Shown here: positions 37,068 to 45,917 of the stretch, piece by piece
Layout of the letters: each line of letters opens with the position of its first letter
How positions within the stretch are numbered: position 1 is the first letter of the stretch
Source: an uncultured Candidatus Saccharibacteria bacterium
Lineage (GTDB): Bacteria > Patescibacteriota > Saccharimonadia > Saccharimonadales > JAGQNJ01
DNA: 48,946 bases
Assembly: GCA_964565615.1 (NCBI GenBank)
Contig: CAZMFO010000004.1
Span: 1 to 48,946, forward strand
Reading direction: 5' to 3'
Program-made: the position numbers and the translations under genes
The notes under the pieces: generated by a model
What the model was told of the DNA's origin: nothing
Seen by the model: the letters and a program-made list of their open reading frames with translations, nothing else
The model's database searches: none

Positions 37068-37474
37068 TTAGTTTTGAGATGTTAATGGGTGTAATAGCCG
37101 GTGTCATTATTTTGATTATCGTAGCGATATTTGCTCATAAGTATGCTCCTAAAAGGACTAGAAAATCAGCTTTTCAATCTAAATGGAAAGACATCATTAA
37201 GCATTGCGCCCATAAAGAAACATGGCCATCAGCTCTTTCTATGGCCGACGAATTACTAGATGAAGCATTAAAAAAACGCCGGTACAAAGGTAAGAATATG
37301 GGCGAAAGGTTGGTATCGGCACAAAAGGCATTTACCGAAAACGATATTCTTTGGTCAGCTCATAAACTTGCCGTTAAAGCTAGAGAGCACCCAAAAATGC
37401 GACTTAAGGAAAAGGATGTTAAGACAGCATTGGCTAGTTTTCGTCAAGGTCTTAAGGATGTTGGCGTGCTATGA
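37064..37474 (+). CDS. Hypothetical membrane-anchored protein between gatA and gatB
   Basis: N-terminal TM helix and basic helical domain 'ADELLDEALK...G.NMGERL'. ATGA overlaps on both sides. Confidence 0.8.
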   Translation: MISFEMLMGVIAGVIILIIVAIFAHKYAPKRTRKSAFQSKWKDIIKHCAHKETWPSALSMADELLDEALKKRRYKGKNMGERLVSAQKAFTENDILWSAHKLAVKAREHPKMRLKEKDVKTALASFRQGLKDVGVL

Positions 37475-38931
37475 GCTTAGGTCTTGAACAATACCAAGTT
37501 CGTGGGTACTTGCCAACTATAGGCATAGAGTGTCATGTTCAGCTAAAGACTAAAACAAAACTGTTTGCAGGGGTTGGCAACGACGCCAGAGAAGCTCGCC
37601 CTAATACCTTAATAAGCCCTATATGTCTTGGCTTGCCGGGTACCTTACCTGTTTTAAACCAAAATGCTGTAGAGTTGGCAATTAGAGCGTCTTTTGCTCT
37701 GGGAACGCCCCCTCAGATCTACAGTAAGTTCGATCGTAAACACTATTTTTATCCTGATTTGCCTAAGGGGTATCAAATTACACAGTTTGATCAACCAATA
37801 ATTGTTGGGGGGTGCGTAAATTTTGAGTTAAATGGTCAGAAGCGTTCTGTAGCAATTACTAGAGCCCACCTAGAAGAAGATGCCGGTAAGAGCTCTCACC
37901 CCGAAGGCAAAGATTATTCACTAGTAGATCTTAATCGGGCTGGCACACCTCTGCTAGAAATTGTTTCCGAACCTCAAATACATTCTCCTACAGAGGCTAA
38001 GGCTTACGCTAAAGAATTATATCTTTTGATGCGCTACGCTGATGTTTCTGATGCCGACCTGTATCACGGAAATATGCGTTTTGATGTTAATGTGTCAGTA
38101 AGTAGGGATGATTCTTTGGGTACTAGAACAGAAACAAAAAATCTCAATTCTTTTAAAAGCATCCAAAAAGCTGTCCAATACGAAATCAATCGTCAGATTG
38201 ACCTCCTTGAGAAAGGTGCAATTATCGTTCAAGAAACAAGAGGTTGGGACGATGCCAAACAAAGAACCTATTCGCAAAGATCTAAAGAGGAAGCGCACGA
38301 TTACCGGTACTTTCCAGAACCAGACATACCTCCAATTAGATTAACTAATACGCAAATTAAAGAGGTAAAAGTTAAGATAGCATTTTTGCCCGATCAGTTA
38401 CGCCAACGCCTTGCTAAGCTAGATTTATCAACCTCAACTCGCAAAACCATCGTTGATAATTTAGTAGTAGGAAGTTTTATGTATCAACTTACCGAAGGGG
38501 CTTCAGCAACTCAAGCCAAAAAAATTGCAAACTGGTTGGCTTCTGATGTACAAGCAGTCGTAATCGCAGATTCTTTAAAGTGGGAAGACCTGCACCTAGA
38601 CGAACAATCTTTTTTGGACTTATGCAAATTAGTAGAGAGTAATCAAATTAGTTCAACAGGCGCCAAAGAAGTGGTTATAGAATTAGTAAAGAATCAAGGT
38701 AGCCCATTAACTATTGCCAAACAAAGAGATTTATTGCAAGTTTCTGACGAGAGTGAGCTAACAGTTATCATCAAACAAGTAATTCGTCAAAACCCGAAGG
38801 CTGTTGTCGACATAAAAAGCGGTCAAACAAAAGTTATGGGATTTTTGGTTGGTCAAGTAATGAAGGAATCACAGGGTAAAGCAAACCCAAGTCTGGCACA
38901 AAAAATAATCACTCAGGAGTTGGGGCTATAA
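37471..38931 (+). CDS. gatB: Asp/Glu-tRNA amidotransferase subunit B
   Basis: GIECHVQL, FDRKHYFYPDLPKGYQITQ, HLEEDAGK, NRAG.PLLEIVSEP, DYRYFPEPD. Confidence 0.98.
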   Translation: MSLGLEQYQVRGYLPTIGIECHVQLKTKTKLFAGVGNDAREARPNTLISPICLGLPGTLPVLNQNAVELAIRASFALGTPPQIYSKFDRKHYFYPDLPKGYQITQFDQPIIVGGCVNFELNGQKRSVAITRAHLEEDAGKSSHPEGKDYSLVDLNRAGTPLLEIVSEPQIHSPTEAKAYAKELYLLMRYADVSDADLYHGNMRFDVNVSVSRDDSLGTRTETKNLNSFKSIQKAVQYEINRQIDLLEKGAIIVQETRGWDDAKQRTYSQRSKEEAHDYRYFPEPDIPPIRLTNTQIKEVKVKIAFLPDQLRQRLAKLDLSTSTRKTIVDNLVVGSFMYQLTEGASATQAKKIANWLASDVQAVVIADSLKWEDLHLDEQSFLDLCKLVESNQISSTGAKEVVIELVKNQGSPLTIAKQRDLLQVSDESELTVIIKQVIRQNPKAVVDIKSGQTKVMGFLVGQVMKESQGKANPSLAQKIITQELGL

Positions 38932-39812
38932 TGAGAACAAAAGTTGTTACAAAAGCGATAATTGCTGCCGCTGGCTTTGGTACGCGATTTTTGCCACAGA
39001 CAAAAGCAATGCCCAAAGAGATGTTGCCGATCATTGATAAGCCAGTTATTCAAATGATCGTTGAAGAAGCAGTCAGGGCCGGAGTAACCGATATAATTAT
39101 TGTAACAGGTAGTACAAAACGAGCCATAGAGGATCATTTTGATCGAGCAGTTGAGCTGGAGGCCGAATTGATTGCTAAGGGTAAGTATCAAGAAGCCGAG
39201 CAAATAAAGTCAATTGCAGAAATGGCTAATTTTGTCTATGTTCGTCAAAAGGGTAATCCACGGGGTAGTGGGCGTCCGGTGCTTAATGCCTCGCACCTGC
39301 TGGGTGATGAGCCGTTCTTTGTTTTTTTTGCCGACGATTTTTTTAGGTCAGAAACACCTAGAGCCCTGCAATTGCTCGAGGCTTACCAGCAAACAGGCAA
39401 AGCCGTTATCTCTGGCATAGAAGTCAATAAAGCCGACGCTGATAAATATGGAATGGTTAAGTTAGGTAAGCAAATTAATCAGAACATTTATGAAGTATTG
39501 GAGCTGATAGAGAAACCCGGCCAGCAAGAGACGCCCTCTACTATTGCTTCAGTTGGTGGTTATTTACTAACTTCAGATATTTTACCTATCTTAAATCAAG
39601 AGAAGATTAGCCAGCGAGGCGAAATTGAATTGTCCGAAGCCATAAATGGCCTGGCTCAACAAGATCAGGTCGTTACCAGAATAATCGATGGAGTCTATCA
39701 CGATACAGGGAACAAAATAAAGTATCTTGAAGCAGTAGTAGATACGGCTTTGACACACCCAGATATATCTACCGAGTTTCGTGATTATCTTGTAAATCGC
39801 TTAGCGGAGTAG
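38931..39812 (+). CDS. galU: UTP--glucose-1-phosphate uridylyltransferase (GalU-like)
   Basis: AAGFGTRFLPQTKAMPKEMLPIIDKP, KRAIEDHFD, EKP, GEIEL.EAI, DTG. Confidence 0.88.
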   Translation: MRTKVVTKAIIAAAGFGTRFLPQTKAMPKEMLPIIDKPVIQMIVEEAVRAGVTDIIIVTGSTKRAIEDHFDRAVELEAELIAKGKYQEAEQIKSIAEMANFVYVRQKGNPRGSGRPVLNASHLLGDEPFFVFFADDFFRSETPRALQLLEAYQQTGKAVISGIEVNKADADKYGMVKLGKQINQNIYEVLELIEKPGQQETPSTIASVGGYLLTSDILPILNQEKISQRGEIELSEAINGLAQQDQVVTRIIDGVYHDTGNKIKYLEAVVDTALTHPDISTEFRDYLVNRLAE

Positions 39813-39824
39813 TATTATTTGCTT

Positions 39825-40088
39825 ATGGATGCTTACGGAATACTAGTCATTATACTGGCTGTTGCTTTAGCCATTTTGTTAGTTCTTTCTATTGCAATCG
39901 CAGTAGCGGTTCTTAAACTGATGAAGAAAATTCAGATTATCACCGACAAGGCTAGTGAGGTAATGGATGATGTAGAAACAGTCAGTGGCTATTTTAGAAA
40001 AACAGCCGGTCCGGTTGCGATAACCGGCATAATTAGTAACATTGTTTCTAAGGTAGCAGAGATAACGCATAAGAAAGGTTCAAAATAA
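39825..40088 (+). CDS. Hypothetical membrane protein (DUF948-like)
   Basis: N-terminal TM helix then coiled coil, directly upstream of a YtxH-like gene. ATG 39825 preferred to TTG 39819. Confidence 0.7.
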   Translation: MDAYGILVIILAVALAILLVLSIAIAVAVLKLMKKIQIITDKASEVMDDVETVSGYFRKTAGPVAITGIISNIVSKVAEITHKKGSK

Positions 40089-40495
40089 TGTCAAAAAATG
40101 ATGGTAAAAAATTTGCAATCGGAGCTGTTATTGGAGCGATTGCCGGACTTGTTACCGGACTATTGACAGCACCACAAAGTGGTAAAGAAACCCGAGAAGA
40201 TATAAAAAAGACGGCCACAAAAGTATTTGTCGAGGCCGAAAAGAAGCTAAAGAGCTTATATGGTGAGCTTGCCGACTTAATAGATAAAGGTAAGGCAGAA
40301 GTAACCAAGATCACCGGTAAAAGTAAAGAAGAGCTAGAAAAGGCTTTAGATGTTGCCCAAAAGGCTCAACTAAAGGCTAAAGAAGTAATTAGTGCGATTC
40401 GTAGTGGAGAAACGGCTAATCCAGAACTAGAGAAAGCTATTAAGGAAGTTACTAAAGCTAAAGATCAACTAAAAAAATATCTAACAAGTTCTTAA
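40088..40495 (+). CDS. YtxH-domain protein
   Basis: 'FAIGAVIGAIAGLVTGLLTAPQSGKETRE' YtxH signature. Confidence 0.9.
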   Translation: MSKNDGKKFAIGAVIGAIAGLVTGLLTAPQSGKETREDIKKTATKVFVEAEKKLKSLYGELADLIDKGKAEVTKITGKSKEELEKALDVAQKAQLKAKEVISAIRSGETANPELEKAIKEVTKAKDQLKKYLTSS

Positions 40496-40510
40496 ATATC
40501 TTATAAATAT

Positions 40511-40780
40511 ATGGGTAAACAAAAACCAATTCTATCAAAAAAAGATTCCATAAATGTAGCTAAGGCGTTAGAGGTGTTGTTTACGACTCAATATATTAGC
40601 CGAAGACAGCTTTATAAAGAGAACTTTTTGCGAGGTGTATTTTTTAGTGCCGGAACGATTTTAGGAGCCGCCTTGCTGGTTACTTTAAGTGCCTGGATAT
40701 TGTCATTTTTTGACGAAGTACCGATAATTGGGCCAGCAGTTGATGTTATTCAAAAATCAATCGAGAACAGCCAGCAGTAG
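40511..40780 (+). CDS. DUF5665-like membrane protein
   Basis: 'NFLRGVFFSAGTILGA...D.VPIIG' pattern. Confidence 0.7.
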   Translation: MGKQKPILSKKDSINVAKALEVLFTTQYISRRQLYKENFLRGVFFSAGTILGAALLVTLSAWILSFFDEVPIIGPAVDVIQKSIENSQQ

Positions 40781-40841
40781 TTTGTTGTAATACTAGACAA
40801 AACATCGCACAAGTCACCAGAATTGATTATACTAAAGCACT

Positions 40842-43800
40842 ATGGGGAGTAAACTTAGTCCGAAAGATTATGTTCATTTGCATAATCATACCCAATTTAG
40901 CTTGTTGGACGGTTTGACAAAACTACCAGATCTAATAGATTATATTAAGTCCCACAAAATGGAATCTGTCGCTATGACTGATCACGGAACGCTTTCTGGG
41001 TCTATTGAGTTTTATAAAATAGCTACTGCTAACAATATAAAGCCAATAATTGGCATAGAAACCTATGTTGCCTCCAGAAAACATACCGACAAAGATCCGG
41101 CTAAAGATAAGCTACGATATCACTTAATTATGCTGGCAATGAATAATGTAGGTTATCAAAATCTAATGAGGTTGAGCACTATTGCCAATCTGGATGGGTA
41201 TTATTACTTTCCTAGAATTGACCATGAGCTAATAGAGAAGTATAACGAGGGCATTATTGTTTTGAGTGCTTGTATGGGCGGAGAGGTTGCCGATGCTTTA
41301 AAGAATAATCAGTACGATAAAGCTAAACAAGTCGCTAGCTGGTATCAAAAGATATTTGGCGACAGGTATTACCTAGAGGTTCAAGACCATGGGCATCCTG
41401 ATAATCCTCTGTTTAACGAAGAGCAAGGGCAGATAAATCAACAAGTCATCAGCCTAGCCAAAGAATTAGGAATTAAAGTAGTAGTAACTTGCGACGCTCA
41501 TTACCTAAAGCACCAAGATCAAGACGCTCACGAGGTGTTGTTGTGCGTCGGCACGGGTTCGTTACTAACTGACGAAAAGCGAATGTCGCTTAGAGAGTTC
41601 CCCCTACATGTAACGGATCCTAAAGAAATAATTAAGCGATGGGGGAGCGATAATCCAGAGGTAATTTTAAACACCAAAGAAATTGCTGATAGGTGTAATG
41701 TTACTATTAAATTGGGTGATATTTTAATTCCGAAGTTTTCAGTACCAGCAAAAGAAACAGAAAAATCTTATTTACATAAATTAGTTTATCGTGGCTTAGC
41801 CTGGCGTTATGGCGGATGTACTTATGACGATAGTCAATCCATGAATCTTGCAGACGCCAAAAAAACTCTTCCAGAAAACATTGCCCTAAGGGCAGTATTT
41901 GAGCTAAAGGTAATTGACAAGATGGGCTTTAATGGATATTTTTTGATAATCGCCGATTTTATCAATTGGGGAAAAAATCAAGGTATTGTTTTTGGTCCGG
42001 GACGAGGGAGCGCCGCCGGCTCTATTATTGCCTATGCACTGCGTATCACAGAAATTGATCCGATAAAATACGACTTGCTTTTTGAAAGGTTTTTAAATCC
42101 CGATCGTATCTCTATGCCAGATATAGACATAGATATTCAGGATACTCGCCGAGACGAGGTCATTTTGTATTGTGTTAATAAGTATGGCGCTGATAGGGTA
42201 GCTAATATAGTTACTTTTGGTCGGATGGCGGCCAGAAACGCTGTTCGAGATACAGCAAGGGTGCTCAATGTTCCCTACGGTGATGCAGATCGGCTAGCTA
42301 AGATGATTCCACCGCCAGTCCAAGGGAGACATATCCCCCTCAAGGTATCGCTTGCAGAAAACAGTGAACTTAAAAATGAGTATCAGACAAATCCTATTGC
42401 TAAACAGGTTTTTGATTTAGCAATACAACTAGAGGGGACAATTCGCTCGCATGGCGTACACGCCGCCGGAGTCGTCATCGCCCCAGATGATATTGTGAAA
42501 TATACACCATTAGAAAGAGCCCAAAAAGGAGTAATCTCTACTCAATATTCTATGGGGCCGATTGAGGAACTTGGGTTACTTAAGATGGACTTTTTGGGTT
42601 TATCAAACCTTTCTATAATTAAAAACACCCTGCGGATTGTCAAAAAAGTTTATCATCAGGAGATAGATATTGACAGTCTGCCATTAAATGATCAAAAGAC
42701 CTATCATCTACTTCAGGCTGGCGATACGACGGGAGTGTTTCAGCTAGAATCAGCGGGTATGAAGCGATACTTAAAGGAGCTAAAACCAACTGACTTTGAG
42801 GACATAATTGCTATGGTGGCTTTGTATCGTCCGGGTCCTATGCAGTTTATAGACGAATTTATCGCTCGTAAGCACGGGCAGAAAGAGATTGTCTACCCCC
42901 ATCCATCAATGGAAAACGCCCTTAAGAACACTTATGGAGTTTTAGTTTATCAAGAGCAGGTTATGCAGATAAGCAAAGAGGTATGTGGCTTTAGTGGCGG
43001 GGAGGCTGACACATTAAGAAAGGCAATTGGTAAGAAAAATGCTGAATTAATGGCCAAAATGAGGGATAAAATGATTGATGGGGGCCAAAAACACTCTGGA
43101 ATTAGCAAGTCATTAATGGAGACTTTTTGGAAACAGCTTGAGGATTTTGCCGCCTATTGTTTTAACAAATCGCATGCCGCTTGCTATGGTTTAATCGCTT
43201 ATCAAACGGCTTATCTTAAGGCGCATTTTCCGCCCGCCTTTATGGCATCATTGATGACCAGTGCCTATGGAGATACCGACAGACTAGCAATTGAGATAAA
43301 AGAGTGCACACGGATGGGTATTGAGGTTTTGCAACCCGACATTAACGAATCATTCTTAGAGTTTGCTGTGGTGCCTAAGACGAAACAAATCAGATTTGGT
43401 ATGAGTGCTATAAAAAATGTTGGCACAAATGCCGTAGAAGAAATCTTGCGATTACGAGAAGAGAACGGACGCTTTTTGTCTTTAGAGCAATTTTTTTCGT
43501 TGGTAAACCCTAGTATTGTCAATCGAAAAAATATAGAGAGCCTAATAAAATCTGGGGCATTTGATAGTTTGGGTGATAGACTACAGCTACTTGATAATCT
43601 TGATGTATTGATGGCGTATGCCACAAAAACACAAAAAGAGCAAAATAGCGGACAAACCGATTTGTTTGGTGGATCTGATACAGAGCAAGCTAGATCAGAA
43701 TTAATACTGGGGCCAGTTGTCGGTGAATACTCGGTAAATGACAAACTTTTTTGGGAAAGAGAGCTACTGGGATTGTATTTGTCTCAACATCCGTTAGAGG

Positions 43801-44453
43801 CCTATAAGACTCTTCTACAAGAGACGACACTTAATTTTAAGACAATTAAGCCTACGCATAATGGAAAAAAAGTTACGGTCGGAGGGTCGATTACCGATAC
43901 CAGAGAAATAACAACAAAGAGCGGACAAAAAATGGCTTTTATTCAACTGACAGATGGCGATAATGACCTTGAGTTAATTGTTTTCCCGAGTGTTTATCAG
44001 CAGACGATAGGTATCTGGCAGAAGGATGCCGTAGTGATCGCTAACGGCAAAGTTTCGTCAAAAGACAAGTCAGGAATTGCGGTTGACGAAGTCAAGATAC
44101 TAGTAGAAGAAGCTCGGCAAGTTACTATTGAGCAAGCACAAGCTTATCTGCCGACGGGACGGAAAAAGCGCATCCCCAAAGAGGTTCCAGTTAAGTCTAA
44201 GAAAAAAAGTGAGTCTCTTTTGTCAAAGCCTCAAAAGTTGTATGTCAGAATTCACAACACAGCTGATAATCAAAGATTGACCACTCTAAAAGATACCTTG
44301 AGTACCTTTAGTGGTTCAACTGATGTCATTTTGGTGCTCGGCGAGGACACAACTAAGCAAGCAATAAAGCTACCTTTTAGTGTTGATCTGTCGGAGGAGG
44401 CTGTGTCGGCTATAAAAGAGGCGGTTGGCGCCGATAATGTGGTGATTAGTTAA
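40842..44453 (+). CDS. dnaE: DNA polymerase III alpha subunit
   Basis: PHP HLHNH/TDHG, GRGSAAGS, FERFLNPDR..MPDIDID, LLKMDFLGL, FNKSHA. No intein-sized insertion. Confidence 0.98.
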   Translation: MGSKLSPKDYVHLHNHTQFSLLDGLTKLPDLIDYIKSHKMESVAMTDHGTLSGSIEFYKIATANNIKPIIGIETYVASRKHTDKDPAKDKLRYHLIMLAMNNVGYQNLMRLSTIANLDGYYYFPRIDHELIEKYNEGIIVLSACMGGEVADALKNNQYDKAKQVASWYQKIFGDRYYLEVQDHGHPDNPLFNEEQGQINQQVISLAKELGIKVVVTCDAHYLKHQDQDAHEVLLCVGTGSLLTDEKRMSLREFPLHVTDPKEIIKRWGSDNPEVILNTKEIADRCNVTIKLGDILIPKFSVPAKETEKSYLHKLVYRGLAWRYGGCTYDDSQSMNLADAKKTLPENIALRAVFELKVIDKMGFNGYFLIIADFINWGKNQGIVFGPGRGSAAGSIIAYALRITEIDPIKYDLLFERFLNPDRISMPDIDIDIQDTRRDEVILYCVNKYGADRVANIVTFGRMAARNAVRDTARVLNVPYGDADRLAKMIPPPVQGRHIPLKVSLAENSELKNEYQTNPIAKQVFDLAIQLEGTIRSHGVHAAGVVIAPDDIVKYTPLERAQKGVISTQYSMGPIEELGLLKMDFLGLSNLSIIKNTLRIVKKVYHQEIDIDSLPLNDQKTYHLLQAGDTTGVFQLESAGMKRYLKELKPTDFEDIIAMVALYRPGPMQFIDEFIARKHGQKEIVYPHPSMENALKNTYGVLVYQEQVMQISKEVCGFSGGEADTLRKAIGKKNAELMAKMRDKMIDGGQKHSGISKSLMETFWKQLEDFAAYCFNKSHAACYGLIAYQTAYLKAHFPPAFMASLMTSAYGDTDRLAIEIKECTRMGIEVLQPDINESFLEFAVVPKTKQIRFGMSAIKNVGTNAVEEILRLREENGRFLSLEQFFSLVNPSIVNRKNIESLIKSGAFDSLGDRLQLLDNLDVLMAYATKTQKEQNSGQTDLFGGSDTEQARSELILGPVVGEYSVNDKLFWERELLGLYLSQHPLEAYKTLLQETTLNFKTIKPTHNGKKVTVGGSITDTREITTKSGQKMAFIQLTDGDNDLELIVFPSVYQQTIGIWQKDAVVIANGKVSSKDKSGIAVDEVKILVEEARQVTIEQAQAYLPTGRKKRIPKEVPVKSKKKSESLLSKPQKLYVRIHNTADNQRLTTLKDTLSTFSGSTDVILVLGEDTTKQAIKLPFSVDLSEEAVSAIKEAVGADNVVIS

Positions 44454-44459
44454 TAGAGG

Positions 44460-45332
44460 CTAATGTATTTGCCCAGCAGAACGCAGTAGAAGCACCCCAA
44501 ATGATATTAAACAAATTACAGCACTGTCTAGCAACGGATGACGAATAACAAACTTTTCGCCTTTTTTTAAGGCTTTTTTGAGATTTTTGCTATGAACTAC
44601 CACTAAGTAGCAGATGGCTAAGCCAACAATAAATATTACTACATAGGCACTCCAGCTAGATTTTGTAAGCAAGTTGGCAGAAAGAATCGTTTTGCTTTCG
44701 CCAAGTATATTGGTTTTTTTATTAGAGGTAGTACCGTTGGTTGGTGGTAATGGTTTGGCATAAAGAGCGACAACGACTGTAGAGGCGCCACTAGTATTAA
44801 AATTGCCACTACTGGCGACACCAAAGCCAACTTCTGTAAAATCATTATCTAAGAGGTTCTGTCGATGCGATGCACTACGCATCCAACCAAGGATTACAGA
44901 TGTGCTATCATCAAAACCATAAGCTAGGTTCTCGCCTGCCTTTGAATATTGATAATTCTCGTTATCAACAAATATCCACGGGTCGCTACCTTCTGGTGTT
45001 TTGTGTGACCAATAATCCCTCCTAATCATATCTTGAGCCTTATTTTGGGCCGCTTGTTGAAGACGAGGGTTTATGACGAGATTTGTTTTGCCTACTTTTT
45101 GACGCTGGGCATTTGTAGCATCTAGCAAGGCTGGTGGCGTGATGCTGGTAACAGTACCTAGAACCGCTTTGTTTCTTGTTTGCAGTGGGCTAAAAAGAAC
45201 CATCAGCAAAAAACCGATACTGGCGAGCATTGGCAAAAAAGGATAGTAGTGTTTTAGGTACTCTTTGGTATGCCTGTGTTTTGGTCGCAGGTTTTTGCGT
45301 TGTTTATTTGTTTGCGTTTTGACGCGCTTCAT
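44460..45332 (-). CDS. CAP (SCP) domain protein, membrane anchored
   Basis: L.QAAQNKAQDM...YWSH, AGENLA, GWMRSASHRQNLL..FTEVGFG. TM helices at both ends. Confidence 0.9.
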   Translation of the reverse strand: MKRVKTQTNKQRKNLRPKHRHTKEYLKHYYPFLPMLASIGFLLMVLFSPLQTRNKAVLGTVTSITPPALLDATNAQRQKVGKTNLVINPRLQQAAQNKAQDMIRRDYWSHKTPEGSDPWIFVDNENYQYSKAGENLAYGFDDSTSVILGWMRSASHRQNLLDNDFTEVGFGVASSGNFNTSGASTVVVALYAKPLPPTNGTTSNKKTNILGESKTILSANLLTKSSWSAYVVIFIVGLAICYLVVVHSKNLKKALKKGEKFVIRHPLLDSAVICLISFGVLLLRSAGQIH

Positions 45333-45352
45333 ACTTTAACTATACAACATGC

Positions 45353-45847
45353 TTAAGTTTCTCGCAAAGCATAAAGAGCTATGGCCGAAGCGATGGTTAC
45401 ATTAAACGATTCCTTCTTACCATACATCGTTATCTCTAGTAAATCGTCACAGTAGGTTTGTAGATTAGTTGATAACCCTTCTACTTCTGCTCCGAGTAGT
45501 AGAGCACACTTTTCTGGTGGTTGGTAGGTAGTTAATTTAGTACTATTAGGTGTTTGCTCTAGCCCAATAATTCTATACCCAGATTGCCGGAGATTATTTA
45601 TTAATTGACTAATATCACTCTCGTGACTCCACGAGACTGATTTTTCTGCCCCAAGAGCAGTTTTGGCAATTTGTTTAGAAAGTTTTTGACTGATATGGGG
45701 CAAGCGTCCGTCATTTAAATCCATCGGGTAGGGTGTTATGCCACTAAAATAGATATGATCAACACCAAAACCATCGGCAGTTCTTAGTAAAGAACCGACA
45801 TTGTGGGTGCTTCTGATATCGTGGGCAATAACGACTATACTTCTCAT
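45353..45847 (-). CDS. TrmH/SpoU-family RNA methyltransferase
   Basis: DIRSTHNVGSLLRTAD, LGAEVEG, ESFNV.IAS. Confidence 0.92.
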   Translation of the reverse strand: MRSIVVIAHDIRSTHNVGSLLRTADGFGVDHIYFSGITPYPMDLNDGRLPHISQKLSKQIAKTALGAEKSVSWSHESDISQLINNLRQSGYRIIGLEQTPNSTKLTTYQPPEKCALLLGAEVEGLSTNLQTYCDDLLEITMYGKKESFNVTIASAIALYALRET

Positions 45848-45917
45848 TCACATAGCTTAACATTTGTGGTTAAATAGTTACATATGAAAGCTGTTCAAAA
45901 TGGTGGGGGTAGGAGCA

